Shown piece by piece: positions 8,683 through 16,900 of a stretch of 32,000 nt of DNA. The stretch's first letter is position 1, and every line of letters starts with the position of its first letter. The stretch comes from Paenibacillus sp. (GTDB lineage: Bacteria > Bacillota > Bacilli > Paenibacillales > Paenibacillaceae). The DNA lies in contig NZ_JBHGUU010000024.1 of the NCBI RefSeq assembly GCF_048976745.1, positions 395,057 through 427,056 of the forward strand, in the 5' to 3' direction. A program made the position numbers and the translations under genes. The notes under the pieces are model-generated. The model was not told the DNA's origin. It saw only the letters and a list, made by a program, of their open reading frames with translations, and searched no databases.

Positions 8683-9600
8683 TTAAATTTGCGGGCCAAT
8701 ATCGTAAGGTGTTTCTTGATACACATAGTAATTGAGCCAGTTAGAGAATAATAAGTTGGCATGAGCGCGCCAAGTAGCCGGTGGCACACGGGAAGGATCG
8801 TCATTTGGATAATAATGTCTAGGTAATGCGATATCCAACCCTTTGGCTGCATCCCGATCATACTCCCACTTTAATGAGAACGGGTCATACTCGGCATGTC
8901 CTGTGGCAAAAATCTGTTTGCCGTCTTTGGTAGCAACCAGGAAGATACCCGCTTCCTCGGATTCAGCCAAAATCTCTAAATTCTCATTCTTTTCAATATC
9001 TTCGCGTCTCACTTCCGTATGACGGGAATGTGGAACGTTGAATACTTCATCGAACCCACGCAACAAAGGAACATGTGGTTTATTGATGGTATGTGGGAAA
9101 ACGCCAAAACACTTTTCATCAAGTGCAACCTTAGGTACGTTAAAATGATGGTATAAACCTGCCTGGGAGGCCCAACATATGTGGAGGGTTGAAGTCACAT
9201 TGGTTTTGGTCCATTCGAAGATCTCCTGGATTTCATTCCAATAGTTCACGTCTTCAAAATCCATCTGTTCCACCGGAGCACCCGTAATGATCATTCCATC
9301 GAAACGGCGGTGCTCAATCTCATCGAAGGTTTTATAGAACAGATCCAAATACTCCTGAGACGTATTCTTCGACGTATGGGATTTGGGATGTACGAGAACA
9401 ACATCCACCTGGATAGGCGTGTTTCCCACCAGACGAAGCAATTGTGTTTCAGTCGTTTCCTTTGTGGGCATCAGGTTTAATATAGCGATACGGAGTGGAC
9501 GAATATCCTGCTGGTATGCAGAAGTTTCATCCATGACGAAGATATTCTCTCCTTCAAGTACTTCTTTTGCTGGTAGAGTATCGGGTATTTTGATTGGCAT
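8683..9600 (-). CDS. metA: Homoserine O-acyltransferase MetA (acetyl-type in Bacillales)
   Basis: [15 protein letters not shown]...[10 protein letters not shown] is the canonical MetA N-terminus. The start was moved from 9642 to the ATG at 9600, which has SD AAGGAGGAG 9 nt upstream. Confidence 0.9.
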   Translation of the reverse strand: MPIKIPDTLPAKEVLEGENIFVMDETSAYQQDIRPLRIAILNLMPTKETTETQLLRLVGNTPIQVDVVLVHPKSHTSKNTSQEYLDLFYKTFDEIEHRRFDGMIITGAPVEQMDFEDVNYWNEIQEIFEWTKTNVTSTLHICWASQAGLYHHFNVPKVALDEKCFGVFPHTINKPHVPLLRGFDEVFNVPHSRHTEVRREDIEKNENLEILAESEEAGIFLVATKDGKQIFATGHAEYDPFSLKWEYDRDAAKGLDIALPRHYYPNDDPSRVPPATWRAHANLLFSNWLNYYVYQETPYDIGPQI

Positions 9601-9780
9601 GGTAAGTCTAACTCCTCCTTGTGCATAGATAGATGCAGCCACCCCTGGCTTGATGTCTTTACATCAATACAGGTATGGACTGCCTTGAGCTTGTAAAAAC
9701 ATTGAATTACTCTTTCATCCAACGTTACAAACAACCTCAAGTTCCTTAGCGAAAATCACTGCTGAGAAGTCGGGGCATAT

Positions 9781-9962
9781 GACAAAGACCTTCCTCGGAT
9801 TTCGAGAAAGGTCATATGTAAATAGATATGCGCCTCTCTCATCTCTCAGTTACAACAGTGCCACTTGACACTTGGTCGCTGCAAGAATTAGCACCGTGCG
9901 GTATACCGCCGGTTGCCGGGTTTCATCGGGCCAGTCCCTCCACCTACTCTTGATAAGATTTC
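9781..9962 (-). promoter_or_regulatory. SAM-I (S-box) riboswitch with expression-platform terminator
   Basis: The minus strand reads ATCTTATCAAGAGTAGGTGGAGGGACTGGCCCGATGAAACCCGGCAACC...GTGCTAATTCTTGCAG...ACTGAGAGATGAGAG. This is the textbook S-box core with P1 closure. It is followed by an 11-bp terminator hairpin GACCTTTCTCG-AAATC-CGAGGAAGGTC (9787-9813) and TTTGT. Confidence 0.92.
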
Positions 9963-9999
9963 GCTGTATTAGATTGTAATTTAATATGGTTCACCGTCT

Positions 10000-10028
10000 A
10001 CTTTATTACATTAATGCCCTCACGTCAA
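10000..10028 (-). promoter_or_regulatory. Candidate sigma-A promoter of the S-box/met operon (TTGACG-17-TAAAGT)
   Basis: The -35 is at 10023-10028 and the -10 at 10000-10005 (minus strand), about 35-40 nt upstream of the riboswitch P1. Confidence 0.4.
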
Positions 10029-10120
10029 GTTGCAGTTCTCCGTCTGCTTTCCAGATCGGAACCGTTCATCATCCGTTGTCATACACTGCCTCAGGGCGCG
10101 AAATAGACACATTTTTGCGC

Positions 10121-10149
10121 TTGAAAGCACCTTGTACCAGCGGTATACT
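10121..10149 (+). promoter_or_regulatory. Sigma-A promoter of corA (TTGAAA-17-TATACT)
   Basis: TTGAAA is at 10121-10126 and TATACT at 10144-10149, exactly 17 nt apart. It is divergent from the met promoter and implies a leader of about 255 nt. Confidence 0.6.
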
Positions 10150-10410
10150 AAACAAGGTGTTATAAACCCTTATGTGAGAGGTGACATATTAAATGGATGG
10201 CGACCCGAGGCCTGACTGGCAGCCGAATTCCGACAAACTGCATAGAGAATTGACATCAGCATGCCGGCAGCGGGACGTGACTTCCGTTTGATTATATAGT
10301 GAACGCAGCCCTGATCTCCAGGCTCCGCTGCCGACCGGCTGATTTGTTCTTTTTGCGCCCATAATGATAATATCCGCCAAGTTGGCGGGTGCAGAAGGAG
10401 TAGATTAACG

Positions 10411-11346
10411 ATGAAAATCCGGTTGGTAAACAACGGTGTATTTATTCCGGTGGACGACATTCAGCAGGCGCTGACTCCACCAGCGGAAGGATTTTACTGG
10501 ATTGATGCAGACGTAGACGATTTGGCGGTACTTCAGCCGCTGTTCTTGATGCATGATCTGGCTGTGGAAGACTGTCTGAGTGACGAAGAACAACGTCCAA
10601 AGATTGAAATTTATGAGAACCATTATTTTATTGTGATTAATAGCATCCGTTTCGATGATGAAGAGATATTTCTGCGTGCAGTCAACCTGTTCCTCGGCAG
10701 ACATTTCATTATTAGTGTTACGAAGCAAAAGGTCAGCGAATTACGCACACTGAAACCAATCCTGTGGGAACAGGAAATCAGTACACCGGATCGTCTGCTC
10801 TACTTGCTGGTTGACTTGATCGTTGATAATTATTTCACCGTAGGTGACCGAATTGAAGCACGGATCGAGAAGCTTGAGGAAGACATTTTGATGCACACCA
10901 AAAAGTCACATCTGAATGAAATCATTGGGCTGCGCAGTGAGATTCTGTGGCTGAAAAAAGTCCTTGGACCTCAGAAAGAGGTCATTAACACACTAAACAA
11001 AAAAGATCTGCGTCTCATCGATGACCAACTGCAAAAGTATTTCAGTGACATCTATGAGAATGCTGTAAAAATATCGGAAACCTTTGAGACTTATCGCGAC
11101 CTGATGGGCAACTTGCGAGAAGCCTACCAATCCAGTATTGCAAACCGGGCGAATGAGATCATGCGTGTATTTACTGCCATTACAACGGTCTTCATGCCGC
11201 TGACGGTCATTACCGGTATATACGGCATGAACTTTACGAATATGCCAGAGCTTAACTGGAAATACAGCTATTTTGTTGTGATTGGCCTGATGGTTACACT
11301 AGGCCTCAGCATGTTCTTCATTTTCCGCAAAAAAGACTGGGTATGA
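10411..11346 (+). CDS. corA: Magnesium/cobalt transporter CorA
   Basis: 311 aa with the signature YGMNF motif (ITGIYGMNFTNMPEL) followed by two C-terminal TM helices. SD GAAGGAG lies 10 nt upstream. Confidence 0.9.
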   Translation: MKIRLVNNGVFIPVDDIQQALTPPAEGFYWIDADVDDLAVLQPLFLMHDLAVEDCLSDEEQRPKIEIYENHYFIVINSIRFDDEEIFLRAVNLFLGRHFIISVTKQKVSELRTLKPILWEQEISTPDRLLYLLVDLIVDNYFTVGDRIEARIEKLEEDILMHTKKSHLNEIIGLRSEILWLKKVLGPQKEVINTLNKKDLRLIDDQLQKYFSDIYENAVKISETFETYRDLMGNLREAYQSSIANRANEIMRVFTAITTVFMPLTVITGIYGMNFTNMPELNWKYSYFVVIGLMVTLGLSMFFIFRKKDWV

Positions 11347-11361
11347 ACTCGTATGAAATAA

Positions 11362-11406
11362 CAAAGACGAAGCGCTCCTCTTGGAGAAACGCCTCGTCTT
11401 TTTTCA
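11362..11406. terminator. Bidirectional rho-independent terminator between corA and the convergent HRDC gene
   Basis: Stem AAGACGAAGCG (11364-11374) / CGCCTCGTCTT (11390-11400) with one mismatch and an inner CTCC..GGAG helix. T6 follows on the plus strand and TTTGTTATTT on the minus strand. Confidence 0.8.
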
Positions 11407-11417
11407 TTTCCCGATCA

Positions 11418-12419
11418 TTAACCAACTTGCTTCTCTGTCTCTGCATGCCGACGAAAGCGGATTCGAATCATGCGCAGTCTTTCATAGACCTGCTCCAGAC
11501 TTCCTCCGTCGGGCTTCTCTCCTCCATACACCTTATGTAATACTGGCTTCAGGAACGTATCTCCCAGCTCCTCATACGCACTCCATACGGCCTCTTGCTC
11601 GTTCTCTGGCATCACCGCAAGTTCCACATCAAGAAGACAATCGGTGTCATACCCTTCATGATCCAGTGCTTCTAACAGCTCAATCAACTCGCGTCGGGAT
11701 AATCCAGATCGATTAACAATTTCCTCTAACGTATATCCTTCCTTCATGCCTTCAAGCACCTGCTTGCGCGTAGTGAACTTATCCAGCTCCTGCTTGTACT
11801 TCTGCTCTCTCTGCTTGTATAACCAGCTCTCATACTCTTCTTCCTTCAGCGCCGTGTATACCCAGTCCAGCGGGAATGTTGTTGAACGCTCCAACCCGTT
11901 TGTAATCTCCATCCATTCCGTACCATACTCAGTTGCTTTGCTCTCCCCTACACCCGGCAGTTGCATCAGTTCATCCATCGATTGCGGAACAAAGGCACTG
12001 ATCAAGCGCAGCAGACGATTGGTTGCAACAAAATACGGTGCCTTCCGGTCAGACACAGCTCTCTTCCTGCGCCATGTGCACAGATCCGTATATAACTGCT
12101 CATTGCCGTACAACTCACTGTAACAATGGAGCCGCTGTCCACCATAACTGCGTGACTTCAGATCATCATTCTCATGAAATAACCCCTGCAACTGCGGTCG
12201 GTACCCCTCACTCATCTGTATGGCAAGCTGATGACGGTAAATATGAAGCAGCTCCTCCCAAGAAGTCCCTTCATACCAGATGCTGTCCTCACGCTCTCCT
12301 TCCTCGTAGCGACTCCATCCCAGCTGCCAACTATCTTCCTCTTCTCCAATCCATAGCTGTGCATACTCTGCATTCTGATCTGACATTCTGGACAATCTGT
12401 TCATGAAAATGACTTCCAT
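11418..12419 (-). CDS. HRDC domain plus HTH_40 (YpbB-like) domain protein, function unknown
   Basis: 333 aa. SD GGGAGGGA lies 8 nt before the ATG. The central segment LYTDLCTWRRKRAVSDRKAPYFVATNRLLRLISAFVPQSMDELMQLPGVGESKATEYG fits the HRDC consensus. The C-terminal half (TRKQVLEGMKEGYTLEEIVNRSGLSRRELIELLEAL...) resembles the HTH_40 module of RecQ-associated YpbB proteins. Confidence 0.8.
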   Translation of the reverse strand: MEVIFMNRLSRMSDQNAEYAQLWIGEEEDSWQLGWSRYEEGEREDSIWYEGTSWEELLHIYRHQLAIQMSEGYRPQLQGLFHENDDLKSRSYGGQRLHCYSELYGNEQLYTDLCTWRRKRAVSDRKAPYFVATNRLLRLISAFVPQSMDELMQLPGVGESKATEYGTEWMEITNGLERSTTFPLDWVYTALKEEEYESWLYKQREQKYKQELDKFTTRKQVLEGMKEGYTLEEIVNRSGLSRRELIELLEALDHEGYDTDCLLDVELAVMPENEQEAVWSAYEELGDTFLKPVLHKVYGGEKPDGGSLEQVYERLRMIRIRFRRHAETEKQVG

Positions 12420-12481
12420 TTTCCGTTCCCTCCCTTAACATTTCAGCCTACACGGGTTAGTTATGCTACCTACAGGCAGCA

Positions 12482-12523
12482 CAAAAAAACACCTCTCCTG
12501 CAAAATCCATGCAAGAGAGGTGC
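12482..12523 (-). terminator. Rho-independent terminator after the fructokinase gene
   Basis: Minus strand: CACCTCTC..TGCA-loop-TGCA..GAGAGGTG followed by T7 (plus-strand A-run 12483-12489). Confidence 0.8.
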
Positions 12524-12594
12524 TTCCTCATTAACCGTGCTATGCTGTTGCCCATATCATACCACAATGGTAAAATTCGTCAATCCCTAATAAT

Positions 12595-13473
12595 CTACTT
12601 ATTCAATGCCAATTTGGCAAGCGCGAGCGAACCACATAGTCCCGCATTGTCACCAAGTCCAGGTGAAACAACATACTGGTCGATATCGGATTGAAGTGCA
12701 GGATGCTGAACGTATCCAGCCAGCAACGCCTGCAGTTTGCTACGAACCATCGGGAACAGGTGCTCCTGCTTCATTACTCCACCACCCATGACGATTTTCT
12801 GTGGAGAGAGAATGAGAACATAATTCATCAGTGCATGTGCCAGGTAATGCGCTTCGATCTCCCAAGCTTTATGATCTGCAGGCAGTTCATAAGCCGGTTG
12901 CTCCCAACGTTTGTTAATGGCTGGCCCAGCTGCAAGCCCTTCGAGGCAGTCACCATGATACGGACAGAAACCCTCGTATGTATCCTCCGGATGTCTGCGT
13001 ACAATGATATGTCCCATCTCGGGATGTGACAATCCATGGACCATTTTACCGCCAACCACAGCACCTGCACCAATACCTGTACCCACAGTGATATACAGAC
13101 AGCTCTCAAGTCCTTGTGCAGCGCCCCAGGTTGCTTCTCCAAGTGCCGCACCATTCACATCCGTATCAAATGTCATCGGTACATCAAAATGCTCCTTGAG
13201 CTTGCCAATCACGTTATACTGTCCCCAATGTGGTTTTGGTGTTGTTGTGATATAGCCATATGTTGGACTTCCTTCAATTGGATCAATCGGACCAAATGAA
13301 CCTACACCCAAAGCTTCAATACCTTTGCCTTCAAAAAAAGAAATCACTTGAGCCATGGTCTCTTCCGGTGTTGTTGTTGGAAAACTTACGCGTTCCAGAA
13401 CTTCTCCTTTTTCCGTGCCAATACCACATACAAATTTGGTTCCGCCTGCTTCAATTGCGCCTAAGATCGTCAT
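12595..13473 (-). CDS. ROK-family fructokinase (GmuE/ScrK-like)
   Basis: ILGAIEAGGTKFVCGIG, LYITVGTGIGAG and the Zn motif GLSHPEMGHI...CPYHGDCLEGLA are collinear with B. subtilis GmuE/YdhR as I recall it. I prefer the ATG at 13473 (10 nt from GGGAG) over the track's GTG at 13482 (1-nt spacing). Confidence 0.85.
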   Translation of the reverse strand: MTILGAIEAGGTKFVCGIGTEKGEVLERVSFPTTTPEETMAQVISFFEGKGIEALGVGSFGPIDPIEGSPTYGYITTTPKPHWGQYNVIGKLKEHFDVPMTFDTDVNGAALGEATWGAAQGLESCLYITVGTGIGAGAVVGGKMVHGLSHPEMGHIIVRRHPEDTYEGFCPYHGDCLEGLAAGPAINKRWEQPAYELPADHKAWEIEAHYLAHALMNYVLILSPQKIVMGGGVMKQEHLFPMVRSKLQALLAGYVQHPALQSDIDQYVVSPGLGDNAGLCGSLALAKLALNK

Positions 13474-13545
13474 GTTAGTCACACTCCCAAGTTAGTTTAA
13501 AAAGGAATTCGCATTGCTTTACTTGATGACACTATAATTACCCTG

Positions 13546-14232
13546 CTACTTGTTCTCCAGCTTGGACAATCGTTTCATTAACGTTTGCCTCCAGCTGTCT
13601 GACAGCGAAGGGATGGCCAGCAATCTCTGGATACCATCGACATTTTCTTTCCCCTGATGCATAATTCGATTGGCTTCAAGAACCGTCATAGAAGTTGGAT
13701 CGGTGCTGATCCGTCGAAATAACGCTGAAGGCCTTACCTCACCTTCTTGCAATACACGAAAGTAAAAGCCGGTATATCCACTCTCCTGAAAATAAACAGG
13801 CAGTTCCTTATAATCATACCGCGCTCCCAGCTTGAAGCAAGGTTGTCTCGGCTGACTGACCTGCACTGTGGCTTCGCCCAACTCGTAGACATCACCAATC
13901 CGGACGTCCTCTTCGGCACAGCCTTCAACCGTCAGATTTTCTCCACAAGCTCCCCAATCCAGCTTGCGATCCATCAGCTGTTCCAGCGCTGGATAACGAC
14001 TGTAATCGTATACACAAACGGCCTTGTCGGGTCCGCCATGATGCACCAGATCCGCCTGCGCATCCCCTGTCATTCCAGTGAATGACAGGAAAACCGCGTC
14101 GGATACAGGATGTTTCACAATGCCGCTCAGCACTTCACGCTTCTGCCCAGGGAGAGGCTGCGGCAGTCCTACATTAATGGCCAGAACAGCTGTATTACCC
14201 TCCCCTGGCTTTCGATCAGATGTGAGTGTCAT
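13546..14232 (-). CDS. MOSC domain-containing protein (YiiM-like)
   Basis: The MOSC beta-barrel region (GDAQADLVHHGGPDKAVCVY...GENLTVEG...VQVSQPRQPCFKL) has the conserved Cys, plus a C-terminal 3-alpha-like domain. The start is ambiguous among ATGs at 14241, 14238 and 14232. I chose 14232 for its 10-nt spacing from GGGAGG. Confidence 0.78.
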   Translation of the reverse strand: MTLTSDRKPGEGNTAVLAINVGLPQPLPGQKREVLSGIVKHPVSDAVFLSFTGMTGDAQADLVHHGGPDKAVCVYDYSRYPALEQLMDRKLDWGACGENLTVEGCAEEDVRIGDVYELGEATVQVSQPRQPCFKLGARYDYKELPVYFQESGYTGFYFRVLQEGEVRPSALFRRISTDPTSMTVLEANRIMHQGKENVDGIQRLLAIPSLSDSWRQTLMKRLSKLENK

Positions 14233-14262
14233 TTGCATCATACCTCCCGTAATCACTTTCTT

Positions 14263-15378
14263 TTAACGCACAGATCCACCAAATACCAGCGTATTACTCA
14301 AAAGCCGACCTGGCGAAGTCAGCATTTTGCCCGCGGCATACATGCCTGAGGATGCACCGCCATCCAGATTCATGGCCTGTTTGGCTCCAAGTTTCTGCAT
14401 CACCGCTGCCCACTCCTTGACTGTCGCTCCGGAAACGGTAGCCAGCATAACCGAACCGTCCGCCATGATTGCGATACCACTTCTGGCTCCGGAAGCATTA
14501 AGAATCTTGGCATCCTTGAAACCTTCGCTCGTCGGGTTTACAGCTACTTTTCCATCTTTCACCAAACGCGGGCCTGCTCCCACGGCAGTCACTACATCTT
14601 GCCAAGGGATTTCTTTACCCGCTGCGTTAGTATATCTGTAATTCATTTCTACGGTTGAACCAACGGTAAAACGATCCGAAGAGGACTTTTGGTTGCCTGT
14701 GAAGACCAATACGGAACCATTCTTAGGAATGGCTACATTGGTGTTAGGGACTTTTTTGGTCACGATGCCATTCTCCATAACAACCGCAGTACCACCTTTG
14801 AACCCGACTGTGGCACCTCGTTCAGGCGTGTACAGCATCGTAATGCTTGCATTCGCAGAGGGTGTTCGATTAATAAATGTCGCATACCAACTGCGTGATT
14901 TGCCTTTTGTATCCGTTACTTTACCTGTCAAACTCACCTGAAGTGAATCCATAATCGCCGAGCCATCTTCCTTAAATCCGATGGATGTTCCGTATCTTCC
15001 AATATGTATAACCTTACCATTTGCTATTAACATACCGTATGGATCTGGTGCTCCGTTATATGCTTCAAAAAATGCTCCGTTAATCGCTGCTTGTGCACCA
15101 TAGGCTTTCACAATCGATGGCAATGTAGCCGTCTGGCCAACCTGCTTCTTCGCGAGTCCCACGGTAACCGGTGTTCCCTTCGGAATTGAAACGGTCTGTA
15201 CGGTAAAATTACGCCCTGCTGCTTTTACTTTCTGTACTTTGGTACTAATTGCTGCTTTGGCATCCACTGTCTGTGGCGCACTTACTGCTCCCGAAAGAAT
15301 TACGGGCAAGGCCAGGACGAGGGCCATAGCCCCTGTCCACCACTTTTTTCCTGTTCGTACGTTCTGTTTGTTGCTCAC
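14263..15378 (-). CDS. Secreted phosphodiester glycosidase family protein (DUF2233/NAGPA domain)
   Basis: It has an N-terminal signal peptide (KKWWTGAMALVLALPVILSGAVSA) and the family motifs AINGAFF, GAGPRLVKDGK and GIAIMADGSVMLATVSG...AMNLDGGASSGMY. I prefer the GTG at 15378 (GGGAG 10 nt upstream), which overlaps the upstream gene's stop as GTGA. The track start at 15399 is a TTG without an SD. Confidence 0.78.
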   Translation of the reverse strand: MSNKQNVRTGKKWWTGAMALVLALPVILSGAVSAPQTVDAKAAISTKVQKVKAAGRNFTVQTVSIPKGTPVTVGLAKKQVGQTATLPSIVKAYGAQAAINGAFFEAYNGAPDPYGMLIANGKVIHIGRYGTSIGFKEDGSAIMDSLQVSLTGKVTDTKGKSRSWYATFINRTPSANASITMLYTPERGATVGFKGGTAVVMENGIVTKKVPNTNVAIPKNGSVLVFTGNQKSSSDRFTVGSTVEMNYRYTNAAGKEIPWQDVVTAVGAGPRLVKDGKVAVNPTSEGFKDAKILNASGARSGIAIMADGSVMLATVSGATVKEWAAVMQKLGAKQAMNLDGGASSGMYAAGKMLTSPGRLLSNTLVFGGSVR

Positions 15379-16268
15379 CCTATTGCCACTCCCATCCAAG
15401 AGCCAAGGCTCTTCATCTCAAGTTGTTCAAACTTGTCCATCACCATATCCGGATCAAGACGCAATTCACAGATATCCAGCGCACAGGCAACCGGAACAGC
15501 ACAATGAATCTCTGCCAGTTTGCGGGACAGATGAAGCATGTCCAGATCATTCTCAATCTTGTTACGTACCGAAGGGGTCAGTTTATCCATGTTGCTCAAA
15601 ATCCCTTCAATGGAGCCGTATTCCTGTACAAGCTTCAAAGCTGTTTTCTCACCAATTCCCCGTACTCCGGGATAATTGTCGCTGGCATCTCCCATCAGAC
15701 CCTTCATGTCAATCACTTGACGAGGTGTCAGTTGTTTCTCTGCCATGAGCGTTTCAGGGTTGTACACCATGTAGTTGCCATGGCCTTTTTTCATAATAAT
15801 GATACTCGTGCGGTCGTTAATCAGTTGCAACATGTCGTGGTCTCCCGTCAGTACCATAACATTCATATCGGTCTCTTCGGTATAATACTTCGCAAGCGTC
15901 CCGATGCAATCATCGGCTTCGAATCCTTGTGCACCTATATTCGGAATACCCAGGCTATCCATGACTTCACGAATCAGGGCAAACTGGGGAATCAGGTCAT
16001 CCGGAGCTTCGGCCCGGTTGCCTTTGTAGGCTGCATATTCTTCACCGCGGAACGTCTTACCGCCCATATCCCAACAACATACGACGTGACTTGGCCCAAA
16101 AGTCTGAACCGCATCCCAGAAATAACGGATAAATCCGTAGACTGCGTTGGTAGGCAATCCTGCCTTTGTACGTCTGATATATCCGCTTGCAGATGTCGCA
16201 TAAAAAGCACGGAACAACACCGCCATACCGTCCACCAGCAACAAAGTAGGTTCATTACGTTGATTCAC
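15375..16268 (-). CDS. 5'-3' exonuclease (Pol I N-terminal FEN-type domain, YpcP/ExoR-like)
   Basis: LLLVDGMAVLFRAFYA, the acidic metal-site motifs (FEADDCIGT, LTGDHDMLQL) and the H3TH region GDASDNYPGVRGIGEKTALKLV are present. I prefer the GTG at 16268 (AGGAGA 12 nt upstream). The ATG at 16301 is possible but has no SD. The track start at 16454 overlaps the upstream gene and its terminator. Confidence 0.82.
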   Translation of the reverse strand: MNQRNEPTLLLVDGMAVLFRAFYATSASGYIRRTKAGLPTNAVYGFIRYFWDAVQTFGPSHVVCCWDMGGKTFRGEEYAAYKGNRAEAPDDLIPQFALIREVMDSLGIPNIGAQGFEADDCIGTLAKYYTEETDMNVMVLTGDHDMLQLINDRTSIIIMKKGHGNYMVYNPETLMAEKQLTPRQVIDMKGLMGDASDNYPGVRGIGEKTALKLVQEYGSIEGILSNMDKLTPSVRNKIENDLDMLHLSRKLAEIHCAVPVACALDICELRLDPDMVMDKFEQLEMKSLGSWMGVAIG

Positions 16269-16325
16269 TTGAATTTGTTCTCTCCTATCGTGATCTAGCA
16301 TATAAAATACGAAACTAATTCTATC

Positions 16326-16334
16326 ATTATAGCA
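16326..16334 (-). promoter_or_regulatory. Extended -10 promoter (TGcTATAAT) for the exonuclease operon
   Basis: The minus strand reads TGCTATAAT immediately downstream of the ArsC-family gene's terminator. Confidence 0.4.
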
Positions 16335-16357
16335 TATTTCCGCCAACCATCGTTCAG

Positions 16358-16392
16358 CCAAAAAAGCCCTGAATTTTAAATAATTCAAGGCT
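16358..16392 (-). terminator. Rho-independent terminator after the ArsC/Spx-family gene
   Basis: Minus strand: AGCCTTGAA-loop-TTCAGGGCT (8 of 9 bp) followed by T6. Confidence 0.75.
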
Positions 16393-16407
16393 GATATTTG
16401 GCACCTT

Positions 16408-16773
16408 TTATGCGTTATTCCATTCCTGCTCGTACGTTTCTTCCTTGAATCCAACCGTCACCTTTTCTCCATCCGTAACAATTGGACGCTTGATCAGCCG
16501 ACCATTGGAAGCCAACAAACGAATCTGTTCATCAGCGGACATGCCTGGCAGCTTGTCCTTCAGTTGTTGTTCTTTGTACACTTCCCCGCTTGTATTAAAG
16601 AACTTTTTCACTTCCAGTCCGCTCTTCTGAATCAGTTCTGTTAGTTCAGATTCTGACGGCGGCGAGTCGAAAATGGGGATTAGCTCCATCTCATGTCCTT
16701 GCGCTTCTAGCCATTTTACAGCTTTGCGGCATGTGCCGCATTTGGCATATTGATATACTTTTAAGTTGCTCAT
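16408..16773 (-). CDS. ArsC/Spx/MgsR-family (thioredoxin-fold) protein
   Basis: MSNLKVYQYAKCGTCRKAVKWL... carries the family's N-terminal CxxC, and the ...GRLIKRPIV motif is present. The start was moved from 16851 to the ATG at 16773, which has SD AGGAGG 9 nt upstream (121 aa). Confidence 0.85.
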   Translation of the reverse strand: MSNLKVYQYAKCGTCRKAVKWLEAQGHEMELIPIFDSPPSESELTELIQKSGLEVKKFFNTSGEVYKEQQLKDKLPGMSADEQIRLLASNGRLIKRPIVTDGEKVTVGFKEETYEQEWNNA

Positions 16774-16871
16774 GTATGTGTTCCTCCTGTGGCTCCGGTC
16801 TCGACTTCTCGCTTCCCTTGGTTTGCTTCGCAAATCCAAAAGTCGCTCCAAATCGATACCATCGCCATGTA

Positions 16872-16900
16872 ATTTTACTGACTTTTGCGAATGAGTTCAA
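16872..16900 (-). promoter_or_regulatory. Candidate sigma-A promoter (TTGAAC-17-TAAAAT) of the ArsC-family gene
   Basis: The -35 is at 16895-16900 and the -10 at 16872-16877 on the minus strand. This leaves a 5' UTR of about 90 nt containing the hairpin TTGGATTTGC-GAA-GCAAACCAA (16818-16839). Confidence 0.5.

Noticed and set aside
9601-9680. T-box element in the metA spacer, suggested by CAGGGGTGGCTGC
   Set aside because: Only the GGGTGG core resembles the T-box sequence. The following UACCGCG, the specifier-loop features and the AGAGA/GNUGGA elements are missing.
10150-10410. M-box (ykoK) Mg2+ riboswitch upstream of corA
   Set aside because: I looked for the conserved M-box blocks (GUUAGGUGAGGC, GCUG..GCCC.GAAA, ACAGUGC..AAGCUCUACG). 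I found only a fragmentary AGGUGA. The region is kept as an unclassified leader in the findings instead.
10030-10460. ORFs of 61-107 aa on both strands in the metA-corA divergent region
   Set aside because: They overlap the two promoters, the corA leader or the corA 5' end. They have no SD and unusual composition. Only the 32-codon uORF is kept, and only as a hypothesis.
15423-16298. A 291-aa plus-strand ORF, the longest unassigned frame in the track
   Set aside because: It lies entirely antisense to the 5'-3' exonuclease gene, whose product has unambiguous FEN/H3TH motifs. The antisense translation is low-complexity (H/Q/R/F-rich), has no SD, and matches no family I recognise. I treat it as a shadow ORF.
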